DNA of 18,367 nucleotides from a virus. The notes beneath the pieces were generated by a model that ran no database searches, was not told the DNA's origin, and saw only the letters and a program-made list of their open reading frames with translations. Position numbers and translations under genes: made by a program. The stretch is taken from UHGV virus genome UHGV-1667981; one strand, given 5' to 3'. How positions within the stretch are numbered: position 1 is the first letter of the stretch; each line of letters begins with the position of its first letter. Below, piece by piece: positions 7,525 through 14,910 of this stretch.

Positions 7525-7801
7525 CCTCTCTGATTTCCAAGTAACGCTTAATCCAAAGATTTTCTATATGCTTATTACCTGGCTGATTTGATAAATACCA
7601 ATCGGCAATTACAGACTGCTTATTACTATCTGGTCGTGTCCTGTAACCACAAGTTGGACACCAGATAACATATTCATTTCTTACCCCCGAATACCTTAAT
7701 TCTGGCTTCGACGGTTTCCTGAACATAACTTGTTTACAAAGGCAGAATGGCACTTCCTGCCCTATGGCGTTTGATGATTTCACTGCGCTTCTCCGCCGCA
7801 T
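7481..7801 (-). CDS. Hypothetical Cys-rich protein (106 aa), possible zinc ribbon
   Basis: ORF track 7481..7801(-); FCLC...WCPTCGY cysteine pairs. C-terminal codons GCG ACC GTG GTC GCA CAA (ATVVAQ) are the 18-bp palindrome. Overlaps the upstream gene by 68 nt at its 5' end, so the start is uncertain. Confidence 0.4.
   Translation of the reverse strand: MRRRSAVKSSNAIGQEVPFCLCKQVMFRKPSKPELRYSGVRNEYVIWCPTCGYRTRPDSNKQSVIADWYLSNQPGNKHIENLWIKRYLEIREGATVVAQENENNAI
7507..7524. repeat. 18-bp palindrome GTGCGACC-AC-GGTCGCAC (copy 2 of 3, opposite orientation)
   Basis: Exact reverse complement of the 18-mer at 3128..3145. Lies at the overlap junction of two minus-strand ORFs. Confidence 0.5.
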
Positions 7802-8444
7802 TTAATAATGCAGTTCGATTTAAGCTCAGACATCGCGACTTAATTAAAAGCCAGCGTTCTTTATAATCTTGTCTCCAGCTATCAATAGATATATTCAGTA
7901 GAAAACTCAGATGCCTGTCCTGTTCTCTCTCATCAACTGCCTCAGCACACGTAAGTTCTGATTTAACCTGCTGTGCCGCGTAATAAATCAATTTCCGCAT
8001 GGCTTTTTTCGTGGAGGCCTTCATTTTTTTAAAGCCGCCCCCCGAATGAGCAACCAGAAAATCAAGCCATAACCACTGACAAACAATCACATCATTGTTG
8101 TAATCAGGCTTGCATCCGTAGCAATAATAAAGCCAGGCTGATTCCTCGTTATTCAACTGACCAATAGCCCTGCGCCAGCTGGCGCTCTGAAAATCAATAT
8201 CAGTGAGCAACATTGATGATTGTTTAAATGTTTTCCCCTGATGGAATCTAACCGGCTCAGCAGGAACGGACACTTCGTATGAGTTATCATCCCCCACACT
8301 GATTGACCGGACTGGTTTATAGTTAAACCGTCCTGACCTACCGAGACGCATCTGCTCAAGCTGGACCTCCAGAATGCCACCCTGGCGATAATGAACATCA
8401 GCCAATGCCGTAGAGACGCAGCTGCGTATATACTCAAGCTCCAC
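7734..8444 (-). CDS. Hypothetical protein (236 aa); candidate Q-like late regulator by position downstream of cro
   Basis: ORF 7734..8444(-), GTG start preceded by AAGGAG. Several Cys (YYCYGCKPDY). Function is inferred only from synteny with the N15-type immB order (cB, cro, Q) as recalled; no motif-level support. Confidence 0.5.
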   Translation of the reverse strand: MELEYIRSCVSTALADVHYRQGGILEVQLEQMRLGRSGRFNYKPVRSISVGDDNSYEVSVPAEPVRFHQGKTFKQSSMLLTDIDFQSASWRRAIGQLNNEESAWLYYCYGCKPDYNNDVIVCQWLWLDFLVAHSGGGFKKMKASTKKAMRKLIYYAAQQVKSELTCAEAVDEREQDRHLSFLLNISIDSWRQDYKERWLLIKSRCLSLNRTALLNAAEKRSEIIKRHRAGSAILPL

Positions 8445-8655
8445 GCTTACTACTCTCCTTAATCGACTGCTTTACCCGCCGAGTTGTAAAGTCACTCTTC
8501 AGCTTATAAGCAGTACGAACTTCAATATCGCTTTGCCGCAATGAAGGAATCTCTCCAGCGGTTAACCATTGGTAAACAGCTCCGGGTGTTACACCTACCC
8601 CTGCCGCTGCTTTTTCTACACTGCCAAAATGGCGAATAAGTTCTTCTGGTTTCAT
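8434..8655 (-). CDS. Cro-like HTH regulator (divergent from the repressor)
   Basis: ORF 8434..8682(-); first ATG at 8655 gives MKPEELIRHFGSVEKAAAGVGVTPGAVYQWL, an HTH-like segment. Divergent from the CI-like gene across an operator-containing intergenic region. Confidence 0.7.
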   Translation of the reverse strand: MKPEELIRHFGSVEKAAAGVGVTPGAVYQWLTAGEIPSLRQSDIEVRTAYKLKSDFTTRRVKQSIKESSKRGA

Positions 8656-8682
8656 GTTGTTATTATAAACAATAAACAACAA

Positions 8683-8724
8683 TTAAAGCCAGCTATAACA
8701 AATAAATTTTATAGCCAGCTATAA
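8683..8724. promoter_or_regulatory. Two operator-like sites in the cro/repressor intergenic region: TTAAAGCCAGCTATAA (8683..8698) and palindromic TTATAGC-CA-GCTATAA (8709..8724)
   Basis: AGCCAGCTATAA repeated directly at 8687 and 8713 (26-bp spacing); the second copy has 7-bp inverted arms. Located between divergent HTH regulator genes, the classic position for operators. Confidence 0.55.
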
Positions 8725-8746
8725 GAAGATCATTTATGATTACAGT

Positions 8747-9343
8747 ATGAAAACACGAGGCGAACGACTGAAAGCACGCCGTTTAGAGATGAAGCTGACG
8801 TTGCGAGAAGTTGCTGAGGCTGTCGATATCTCTATAGCAGGCGTCCAAAACTTAGAACGTGGCGACGTAATGCCGTCACTGGAGATAGGTATTGCCCTGG
8901 CTAAGTGCTTACGCAAGCCAGTGCATTGGGTGCTATATGGGACAGAATATGACCCTGATCGCATTCCTGTTATTGGCACAACTGAAAGTGGGCCAGATGA
9001 AGAGTGGAAGCCGGGACAGGTTCCAAATACTGAGCGATTCCTGCCATTCATCAGCCAGCGCAATACTGTGTATGCGTTAACTATCAGCAATCTTACGCAG
9101 GGAAACTATCAGCCAGGCGATTTTCTCCTGGTCGATTCTGCGCTGGAACTGGTCCCCGGCGAGGATGTTCTGGTTCGTGATACTGCAGGAAATATCACTA
9201 TCCAGCGCCTGGCCCGTTTTGATGATGAAAATTACTATCTGGATGGAACAAACTCACAACGCGCCATCTTCAGGAAAAGCGATCTTGAATTTGTTCACCA
9301 AATAGTCGGAACGATCAAATCATTCATGGTTGAGGGTAGATGA
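8747..9343 (+). CDS. CI/CB-like prophage repressor: N-terminal XRE-type HTH plus C-terminal LexA/S24-like domain
   Basis: ORF 8747..9343(+), 198 aa. HTH region LTLREVAEAVDISIAGVQNLERG; C-terminal PGDFLLVD...GEDVLVRD resembles the S24 fold. No obvious Ser in a G-x-S-M context, so autocleavage may be absent. Confidence 0.85.
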   Translation: MKTRGERLKARRLEMKLTLREVAEAVDISIAGVQNLERGDVMPSLEIGIALAKCLRKPVHWVLYGTEYDPDRIPVIGTTESGPDEEWKPGQVPNTERFLPFISQRNTVYALTISNLTQGNYQPGDFLLVDSALELVPGEDVLVRDTAGNITIQRLARFDDENYYLDGTNSQRAIFRKSDLEFVHQIVGTIKSFMVEGR

Positions 9344-9442
9344 CTTAATACGGGGTTTATTGTTTGCTGTAAATCTGGTTTAATGCAGGGCATATGTTCT
9401 GTGGGTTGACTCAGGTTACAGCAGCAGAAAAAAGACGAAAAA

Positions 9443-9471
9443 AACCCGAGTCGGCAAACTCGGGTCCTTTT
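9443..9471 (+). terminator. Intrinsic terminator downstream of the repressor gene (8-bp stem ACCCGAGT/ACTCGGGT, 6-nt loop, T-tract)
   Basis: acccgagt-cggcaa-actcgggt then ccTTTTc; preceded by an A-tract, so it could act bidirectionally. Confidence 0.6.
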
Positions 9472-9587
9472 CAGGAAGCAGCCACAACAAAGCGACGGAT
9501 TCCGTCAATCAAAGATGCGTTTATTGTGGCTGCTCCTGCGGATTTTTTCAACCCGAAAAAACATAATTCGCATGGAATGGCTAAAAA

Positions 9588-12500
9588 ATGACATTAAACG
9601 ATTTCTATGCGGATCGCTTTGGCAGCGATCCGTTCTCGCTAATTGAAGCAGCACGGGATGAACTAACCGAGCTGGCACAGATGGCTGGTATCAACTGGCC
9701 TGCCTGTTCCGACAACATCCAACTCAACCCTCGCGGGGGTGTTGAGCGTTACTCTTCATACAATAAAACATCTCCAGAAGCTCTCGAGAAGAGCCTCAAA
9801 GGACGCGTAGAAATTTACTCCCGGCTGGAACACAGCAAAGGGATTGATTATCCGTTCATTAACTTCGTCCATAAAGGCAGCGATGCTGGCTCATGGAGCG
9901 GTTTCTCCTTCCTGTTTTCTGAATATCGCCGTGAGCAACAGCGGAATAATGCGACCGTGGTCGCACAACCGGAAGAAGAACGGGCAAGAATAGAACGTCA
10001 GGCCGAAGCACGTCGTCGCCGTGAAGAACAAAAACGAATTAATGACCTGAAAAACAACCAAATGGACCATGAACGTTTGCTGGGATGGCTGGCATTTCAC
10101 AGCGCGTGGGAACATGCTCCTGCAGAAGACGGCTCGTGGCCATATGCGATTAAAAAAGGTATTCGTGACGTTTTTAATTCGTGTGATGTGCGTCGCGTGA
10201 CCAGTCACGACAGCGCAAAATGGAGCAGGGGGCCAACCACGTATATGGCTATCCCTCTGGCTCACCTGGACGGTCGTTACGATGGTCGTATTGTGGGTTG
10301 GCAGCGAATCGACAAACAAGGTGGAAAATACCAGACCAGCGCCGTAACCAGCGGCGATTTCGTCGGTGCCTGCTTTGTTATCGGTGAGCTAAAAGGGGCG
10401 CAAAACATCGCTGTTACAGAAGGTTTTGCTACTGGTGCATCCATCTGGCTTGCCACGAAAAAAGATAAACGCTTTGACGCTGTGGTTGTCGCTGTATCCG
10501 CTAACAACATGGTTCATGTTGTGGAACAACTGGTAAACATGTACCCGGCGGCAAAAATCACCTGCGCACTGGATAATGACAGGAAATCAGCTACAGAAGG
10601 AAAAGGGAATACCGGCCTGCGGACTGGCTATGAAATCTTATCGAAATTCAACGATGTCCGCTGCGTCTATCCAACTTTTGAAGACGATCCGCAAATGGAG
10701 TGCAGTGACTTCAACGACCTGCACAAACTACGTGGACTTCGTGAAACAGCACGTCAACTGTTTGCAACTGCAAACCGCCTGAAAACTGGCACTGATTTGC
10801 TATCTCTGACGCTCAACCGCCTGAAGACAATTAAGCGGGATAACCGTCGTACTTTTGCCAAAGAGCTGCTGAGAGCGGTGGATATTGGCATGCTAACCTG
10901 CCCGGTTCCTAACAGTCCGTCAGATTTATTTAACATGTTCTGCATCGTTCTGCGTGAAATGGGACTGGAAAATATCTATCGCGCTACGGTAAAAGACCAC
11001 ATTGCCCGTCGCCTGAATAAAAAGTGCCGTATTGCCCAGGCTCCGCGCTCTTTCAGCGAACGCATAACTGATCCCAATAAACGCCCTCAACATATCACCT
11101 ATAAGCGTTTTGAAACTTCGGTAATGACCGATGATGTCCTGAAGTACGTGCAATCACTACAGGGGATAGTCATCGTCCGTGCTGGTATGGGTTCCGGCAA
11201 ATCTACTGGATTGTTACGACCGTTAATGCATAGCTCAGAACGTGGTATCTCTGTTGCTCACCGTGTCTCCCTTATTGGTGGCCTGTGGGAAATGATGACA
11301 GAAGGAAAAGGTGTAAAAGCCGATATCCTGCACTATCAGGACCCTGGCTATCAGGAAATGGCTCCATACGCCAGTAAACTGACCATCTGCATAAACTCGA
11401 TTGTTAAAAACTGCTGGCAACCGTTGATGCGCCAGCACGACTATTTTGGCTTTGACGAGGCCACGCAAGGGCTACGTGCCGTTCTTTCCGGTCGGGCTAT
11501 GGAAAACCCGGTTGCTGTATTCAATACGCTAATTGACGCGCTGGCCAGAACGGAACAACACCCAATCATGGTGGATGCTGATGCGAACGATCTACTGGTT
11601 GACCTGGCTGAACTGGCTATGAAACGCCGTGAAGAACTAGGTTTACCGGCATGGCTGCAGATCCACGTAATTGAATTACCTGTTGATGTTTGCAACCGCG
11701 AAACAGGTGAGCCAATCCGGGTTTTTTATACAGAAAAAGATCGCATCATGACCGAGGTGGTGAAAGCTGTATCGGATGGCGAAAAAATCATGTTGGCCAC
11801 CGACAGCTCCACCTTTGCAGAAGATGTGACAGCCACCCTGAGAATGCATTTTCCTGGTAAGAAATTTCTGTGTGTAAACCAGAAAAACAAACCAGAGCCA
11901 GAAGTTGAAGCATTTACCAATCAACCGAAAAAGATGGTCAAAAAATACGACGGCCTGATTTATAGCCCGTCTATTTCATCCGGCGTGTCGATTGAGCAAA
12001 AACATTTTGACCGTCATTTCGGCATGTTCTGTGGTGAAGTTGTACCCAGCGACGCAGTGCAAATGCTACGCCGCGACCGTACAGCAAAAGAATTTATTAT
12101 CGGCTTTGATAAAGCTCGTGCAAAACGTGAAACTGACCCGCAAAAAATAGAACGAGCATTCGCCCAGGCATTGCTTGCTACCGCAGGTATGAACGGTGAA
12201 CTTACGGATGTCGTTTTCGATGGCGACCGTATATCAATGGGGGTGGCCAATACCGACTTTACCAGGATGAAAATTAAAGCAGCCGCAATTGAAGCGACTG
12301 CGCGTAACGACTACGCCAGCAACATGATCTGCATCATGCACAGCGACGGTTATAAGGTATCACCGCTGGCCACCGATTATGCTGCGAATGATATCGGTAA
12401 AGATCTGCGTAAAGAAGCGCGGGATATTGTGTGGGAACAGACACTGGATCTGCACCTCAATACAGAAACTCCACAAGAATCAGAGCGTGAAGAACTGCTA

Positions 12501-13583
12501 AAAAAACGCGCGCTGACGCTTGAAGAACAGGCAAAACTTGTCCGCTGGGATATTGAAAACGAACTGAAACTACCGGTTGAAGAAGGCACGCTGAAATTCT
12601 ATTTCGATGGTGCTCGAGACAAAGTTCGCCGCTATGAAACAATGCTTTTAGATGAGGTAACAGCTCGTCGTTACGACCGGGAAGAAGCAGCCATCAATTT
12701 TACCTACGCATACCGTCAGGCGGGACAGTGGCAATATTTTGTAGTGACCGCGATGACTCGCGAGCAGGCTGATGATGTCTTTAAAACTAAATTCCCTGGA
12801 ATAATCGATCACAAGGTAAAAGCTACTCCTACTGTTGAAGTCGGGGCGCGCGGTTTCTATGCGCTTAAATCAGCAACTCTCCGGCAGTACTTTATCGACT
12901 GCGGTATCAACCCTGAAACTATGACCGGCGAGGCGACTCAGGAGCGTCTCAAATTCGCTCGAGATAACCTCATGACAGCCGAACGCCGTGACCTGTTGAA
13001 TAACGTTCTGCACATTGGTGGTTTTATGACGCCAAAAGGGAAGCCTAAAGTGCCGGAAGCGTTGTTTAAAAACATTTGCGACTCTCTTGGCCTTAAAACA
13101 GGTAAACGTCGCGGCAGAGACGGCGATAAGCGTCCAACCTTGCGTTTTGTTGAGCCCGAATCAGCGGCATTTATGCTGGATATTCTTGTTCAGCGTCAGA
13201 AAGATGGCCTAACCCTAAAAACGCGTAAAGCCGAGAAGACAGCCATCGAAATGGATCGCGATTTGGATCTCAATATATATATGGATGATAAAACGCGATC
13301 CACAAACGAGCAGGTTCAAAACGCCCCTCATTCAGTAATTTCTGAGGCTTTGGCCGTATTGCCGGTGGCTGTTCCTGAGTCCTGGGCGATGAGTGCGCTT
13401 TCCGGTGAGGAGCTGGCCACTATGTCATCATGGTCATCAACCAGCATAGCTATGACGTTTGCATCTCTGTACCTCACAGAGTTCATGGATCACTTGTCCA
13501 GCAATGAACTGCGGCGGTTACGAGAATACATTACCGGGAATAGCTCATGCAGCTACGAAGAGCAGGGCGCTTTCTATGGGTAA
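9588..13583 (+). CDS. repA: Multifunctional replication protein, primase-helicase (N15 RepA-type, 1331 aa)
   Basis: ORF 9588..13583(+). TOPRIM-like primase signature (AVTEGFATGASIW ... CALDNDRKS) in the N-terminal third; Walker A RAGMGSGKSTG and Walker B-like FGFDEATQG in the middle. Size and architecture match N15 RepA (about 1300 aa) as recalled. Confidence 0.9.
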   Translation: MTLNDFYADRFGSDPFSLIEAARDELTELAQMAGINWPACSDNIQLNPRGGVERYSSYNKTSPEALEKSLKGRVEIYSRLEHSKGIDYPFINFVHKGSDAGSWSGFSFLFSEYRREQQRNNATVVAQPEEERARIERQAEARRRREEQKRINDLKNNQMDHERLLGWLAFHSAWEHAPAEDGSWPYAIKKGIRDVFNSCDVRRVTSHDSAKWSRGPTTYMAIPLAHLDGRYDGRIVGWQRIDKQGGKYQTSAVTSGDFVGACFVIGELKGAQNIAVTEGFATGASIWLATKKDKRFDAVVVAVSANNMVHVVEQLVNMYPAAKITCALDNDRKSATEGKGNTGLRTGYEILSKFNDVRCVYPTFEDDPQMECSDFNDLHKLRGLRETARQLFATANRLKTGTDLLSLTLNRLKTIKRDNRRTFAKELLRAVDIGMLTCPVPNSPSDLFNMFCIVLREMGLENIYRATVKDHIARRLNKKCRIAQAPRSFSERITDPNKRPQHITYKRFETSVMTDDVLKYVQSLQGIVIVRAGMGSGKSTGLLRPLMHSSERGISVAHRVSLIGGLWEMMTEGKGVKADILHYQDPGYQEMAPYASKLTICINSIVKNCWQPLMRQHDYFGFDEATQGLRAVLSGRAMENPVAVFNTLIDALARTEQHPIMVDADANDLLVDLAELAMKRREELGLPAWLQIHVIELPVDVCNRETGEPIRVFYTEKDRIMTEVVKAVSDGEKIMLATDSSTFAEDVTATLRMHFPGKKFLCVNQKNKPEPEVEAFTNQPKKMVKKYDGLIYSPSISSGVSIEQKHFDRHFGMFCGEVVPSDAVQMLRRDRTAKEFIIGFDKARAKRETDPQKIERAFAQALLATAGMNGELTDVVFDGDRISMGVANTDFTRMKIKAAAIEATARNDYASNMICIMHSDGYKVSPLATDYAANDIGKDLRKEARDIVWEQTLDLHLNTETPQESEREELLKKRALTLEEQAKLVRWDIENELKLPVEEGTLKFYFDGARDKVRRYETMLLDEVTARRYDREEAAINFTYAYRQAGQWQYFVVTAMTREQADDVFKTKFPGIIDHKVKATPTVEVGARGFYALKSATLRQYFIDCGINPETMTGEATQERLKFARDNLMTAERRDLLNNVLHIGGFMTPKGKPKVPEALFKNICDSLGLKTGKRRGRDGDKRPTLRFVEPESAAFMLDILVQRQKDGLTLKTRKAEKTAIEMDRDLDLNIYMDDKTRSTNEQVQNAPHSVISEALAVLPVAVPESWAMSALSGEELATMSSWSSTSIAMTFASLYLTEFMDHLSSNELRRLREYITGNSSCSYEEQGAFYG
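9950..9965. repeat. Palindrome TGCGACC-GT-GGTCGCA (copy 3 of 3), inside repA coding sequence
   Basis: Shares the 16-bp core gcgaccgtggtcgcac (9951..9966) with the 18-mer at 3128..3145; 7-bp inverted arms here, because the flanking base is A rather than G. Encodes ATVVAQ in the repA frame, the same peptide the copy at 7507..7524 encodes in the 7481..7801 ORF. Confidence 0.5.
13252..13302. other. Candidate internal replication origin element within the 3' part of repA: 9-bp inverted repeat flanking an (AT)n tract with three GATC sites
   Basis: tggatcgcg (13252..13260) and cgcgatcca (13294..13302) flank atttggatctcaatatatatatggatgataaaa. GATC at 13254, 13266 and 13297. Confidence 0.35.
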
Positions 13584-13771
13584 TCAGTGGATATTATCTT
13601 TGTGTCTCTTGCTTTATGTGTTCCAGCAATGGTTTTGGTTCATAGATCGAAAGTCTCACAAGGAAAACATGAAGGCCAGGAAGGCGATGTTTCGTGGTGA
13701 ACAATTTGCGCAGACTTATCGTATGTGGAAACGTTTCTATCGTGAATTTTCGGTGAACGGGGAGTAAAAAT

Positions 13772-14098
13772 ATGTCTACTACTGCATTTTTGGACAAACT
13801 TGATTACCGTCAGCTGCAGTTCTGCCGGGATGAATGCGAACGACGCATTAGGGCTATCCAGGAGGAAGAAAAAAAGGTCGCCTGGGCTGTAACAGATCGT
13901 GGCCTTATCTTTGGCTGGTTCCGTACGGAGGATTATCTGAAAGCAGTGGAATTATTGGCGCGTGAAGCTGCTGAGCGTTGGGAACGAGCCGACAAGAAAA
14001 ACCCGGAGACGAAGTATGAACTGAATCTCTACATCGAGGGCAACCATCTACCATTGTCAGAGTATAACGCTTTGTTTGCTGATGGTGAGTGGGGTTAA
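13772..14098 (+). CDS. Hypothetical protein (108 aa)
   Basis: ORF track 13772..14098(+); GGAG SD about 7 nt upstream. No recognisable domain. Confidence 0.55.
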   Translation: MSTTAFLDKLDYRQLQFCRDECERRIRAIQEEEKKVAWAVTDRGLIFGWFRTEDYLKAVELLAREAAERWERADKKNPETKYELNLYIEGNHLPLSEYNALFADGEWG

Positions 14099-14302
14099 AA
14101 ATGGATGTTCAATTATACAAATACGAATCCCCTTTGGTTGACATCCTCCACGCCCTTCATGGCGTGGACTCCTGCCACGCTCTGGCAGCGCCTGAACCGT
14201 TTGTGGTTCGTTCCGCTTTACCGGTCTGAAGTAGCAAATGTATTGTTATGGTGTATAAATACTCTTTCTTTTCAATAGAAAGCCAAAAGAAGGAGTATTT
14301 AT

Positions 14303-14530
14303 ATGGTGAACTGCAACAAAAATGAAGAAACTCGCCTGGTTTGGACGGTAGTAATCGGAGATAAAAAGGGCGGTGAAGAGCCTCATTTTGATTATTCTGT
14401 GGCTTTGCAGGCTCTCATCCTTGAAGCGCAGATATACCAACAAGAGATGCAGAAGAACCCTCAACTGGAACCTCGACCAATTGGCCTATTCTGCGAGCGA
14501 GTATCAGCGGCTGAACTCCCTGATATCTGA
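14303..14530 (+). CDS. Hypothetical small protein (75 aa)
   Basis: ORF track 14303..14530(+); AGGAG SD 7 nt upstream. No recognisable domain. Confidence 0.5.
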   Translation: MVNCNKNEETRLVWTVVIGDKKGGEEPHFDYSVALQALILEAQIYQQEMQKNPQLEPRPIGLFCERVSAAELPDI

Positions 14531-14591
14531 TGCCCTCCAACAGCTGATCAGGTTCTGATCAGTTAGTAAAGCAAACTATAAAAACACCTGT

Positions 14592-14611
14592 CCCCGTGAC
14601 TGGTCACGGGG
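14592..14611. promoter_or_regulatory. 20-bp perfect palindrome CCCCGTGAC-TG-GTCACGGGG (copy 2 of the GTGAC-N2-GTCAC motif)
   Basis: 9-bp inverted arms; core matches the reverse complement of the site at 4958..4971. Lies at the entry to the structured region upstream of the antirepressor operon. Confidence 0.4.
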
Positions 14612-14637
14612 TAAAATGTCTTTTCAAATTATTGACG

Positions 14638-14746
14638 TGTGCGTCGTTTTGACGGTAAAGTTACTTCGCTGCGGTAAATCCCGTAGCCGGGACTCTCAAC
14701 CCCGAAATCCGAACGACGCACAACACGCGCCAGCGTGTTTTTTTGT
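14638..14746 (+). ncRNA. Candidate structured small RNA or leader (c4/CA-RNA-like) ending in an intrinsic terminator
   Basis: Long-range stem gtgcgtcgtt (14640..14649) pairs with aacgacgcac (14712..14721), enclosing about 60 nt. Followed by terminator hairpin aacacgc-gcca-gcgtgtt plus T-run (14722..14746). No credible coding ORF here. Identity as a regulatory RNA is inferred from position and structure only. Confidence 0.35.
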
Positions 14747-14844
14747 GTGTATGAGCCTGCGCATATCCGAATTATGGTGGCTCAGGTGGGGCAGCCGAAA
14801 GGCTGGCCGGTGTCGTTTGGGCCGGTGTTGAGAACCCCGCTTGG

Positions 14845-14890
14845 GCTACCACCCCATAGAGATTCTCAACTCTGGTGGTAGCACTGTTTT
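14845..14890 (+). terminator. Attenuator-like hairpin (9-bp stem GCTACCACC/GGTGGTAGC, 20-nt loop) followed by TTTT, just upstream of the antirepressor operon SD
   Basis: Loop contains TTCTCAAC, which is complementary to GTTGAGAA at 14827..14834 and is also repeated (CTCTCAAC) at 14693..14700. T-run starts 4 nt after the stem. Confidence 0.35.
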
Positions 14891-14910
14891 ACCAAACAAG
14901 AGTGCATACC

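Noticed and set aside
8740-9090. Minus-strand 116-aa ORF inside the repressor gene
   Set aside because: Fully antisense to the CI/CB-like repressor, which has clear HTH and S24-like features.
9394-9591. 65-aa plus-strand ORF upstream of repA
   Set aside because: Spans the intrinsic terminator hairpin at 9443..9471 and the structured leader; no SD; highly basic, low-complexity product.
9891-12642. Multiple minus-strand ORFs (61-142 aa) within the repA region
   Set aside because: All are antisense to the 1331-aa RepA reading frame, which is continuous and carries primase and helicase motifs.
13576-13767. Possible 64-aa small membrane protein overlapping the repA stop
   Set aside because: Start lies inside the repA stop context with no convincing SD; the longer ORF-track version (13459..13767) overlaps repA by 125 nt. 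Left uncalled.
14101-14229. 42-aa ORF immediately after the 13772..14098 gene
   Set aside because: Below the length where composition is informative; only a G-run as SD. Could be real but is unsupported.
14616-14831. 71-aa Cys/Arg-rich plus-strand ORF
   Set aside because: Runs through the long-range stem and terminator hairpin region; no SD; composition looks like translation of structured non-coding RNA.
14760-14850. Possible tRNA or tRNA-like gene in the structured region
   Set aside because: No GTTCRANYC T-loop consensus and no clean cloverleaf could be traced; more consistent with a processed regulatory RNA or leader.
14884-14899. Second LexA-like box CTGTTTTACCAAACAA overlapping the antirepressor operon SD
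   Set aside because: Distal half-site is ACAA rather than ACAG and the spacer is not AT-alternating; too weak to call without a scoring matrix.
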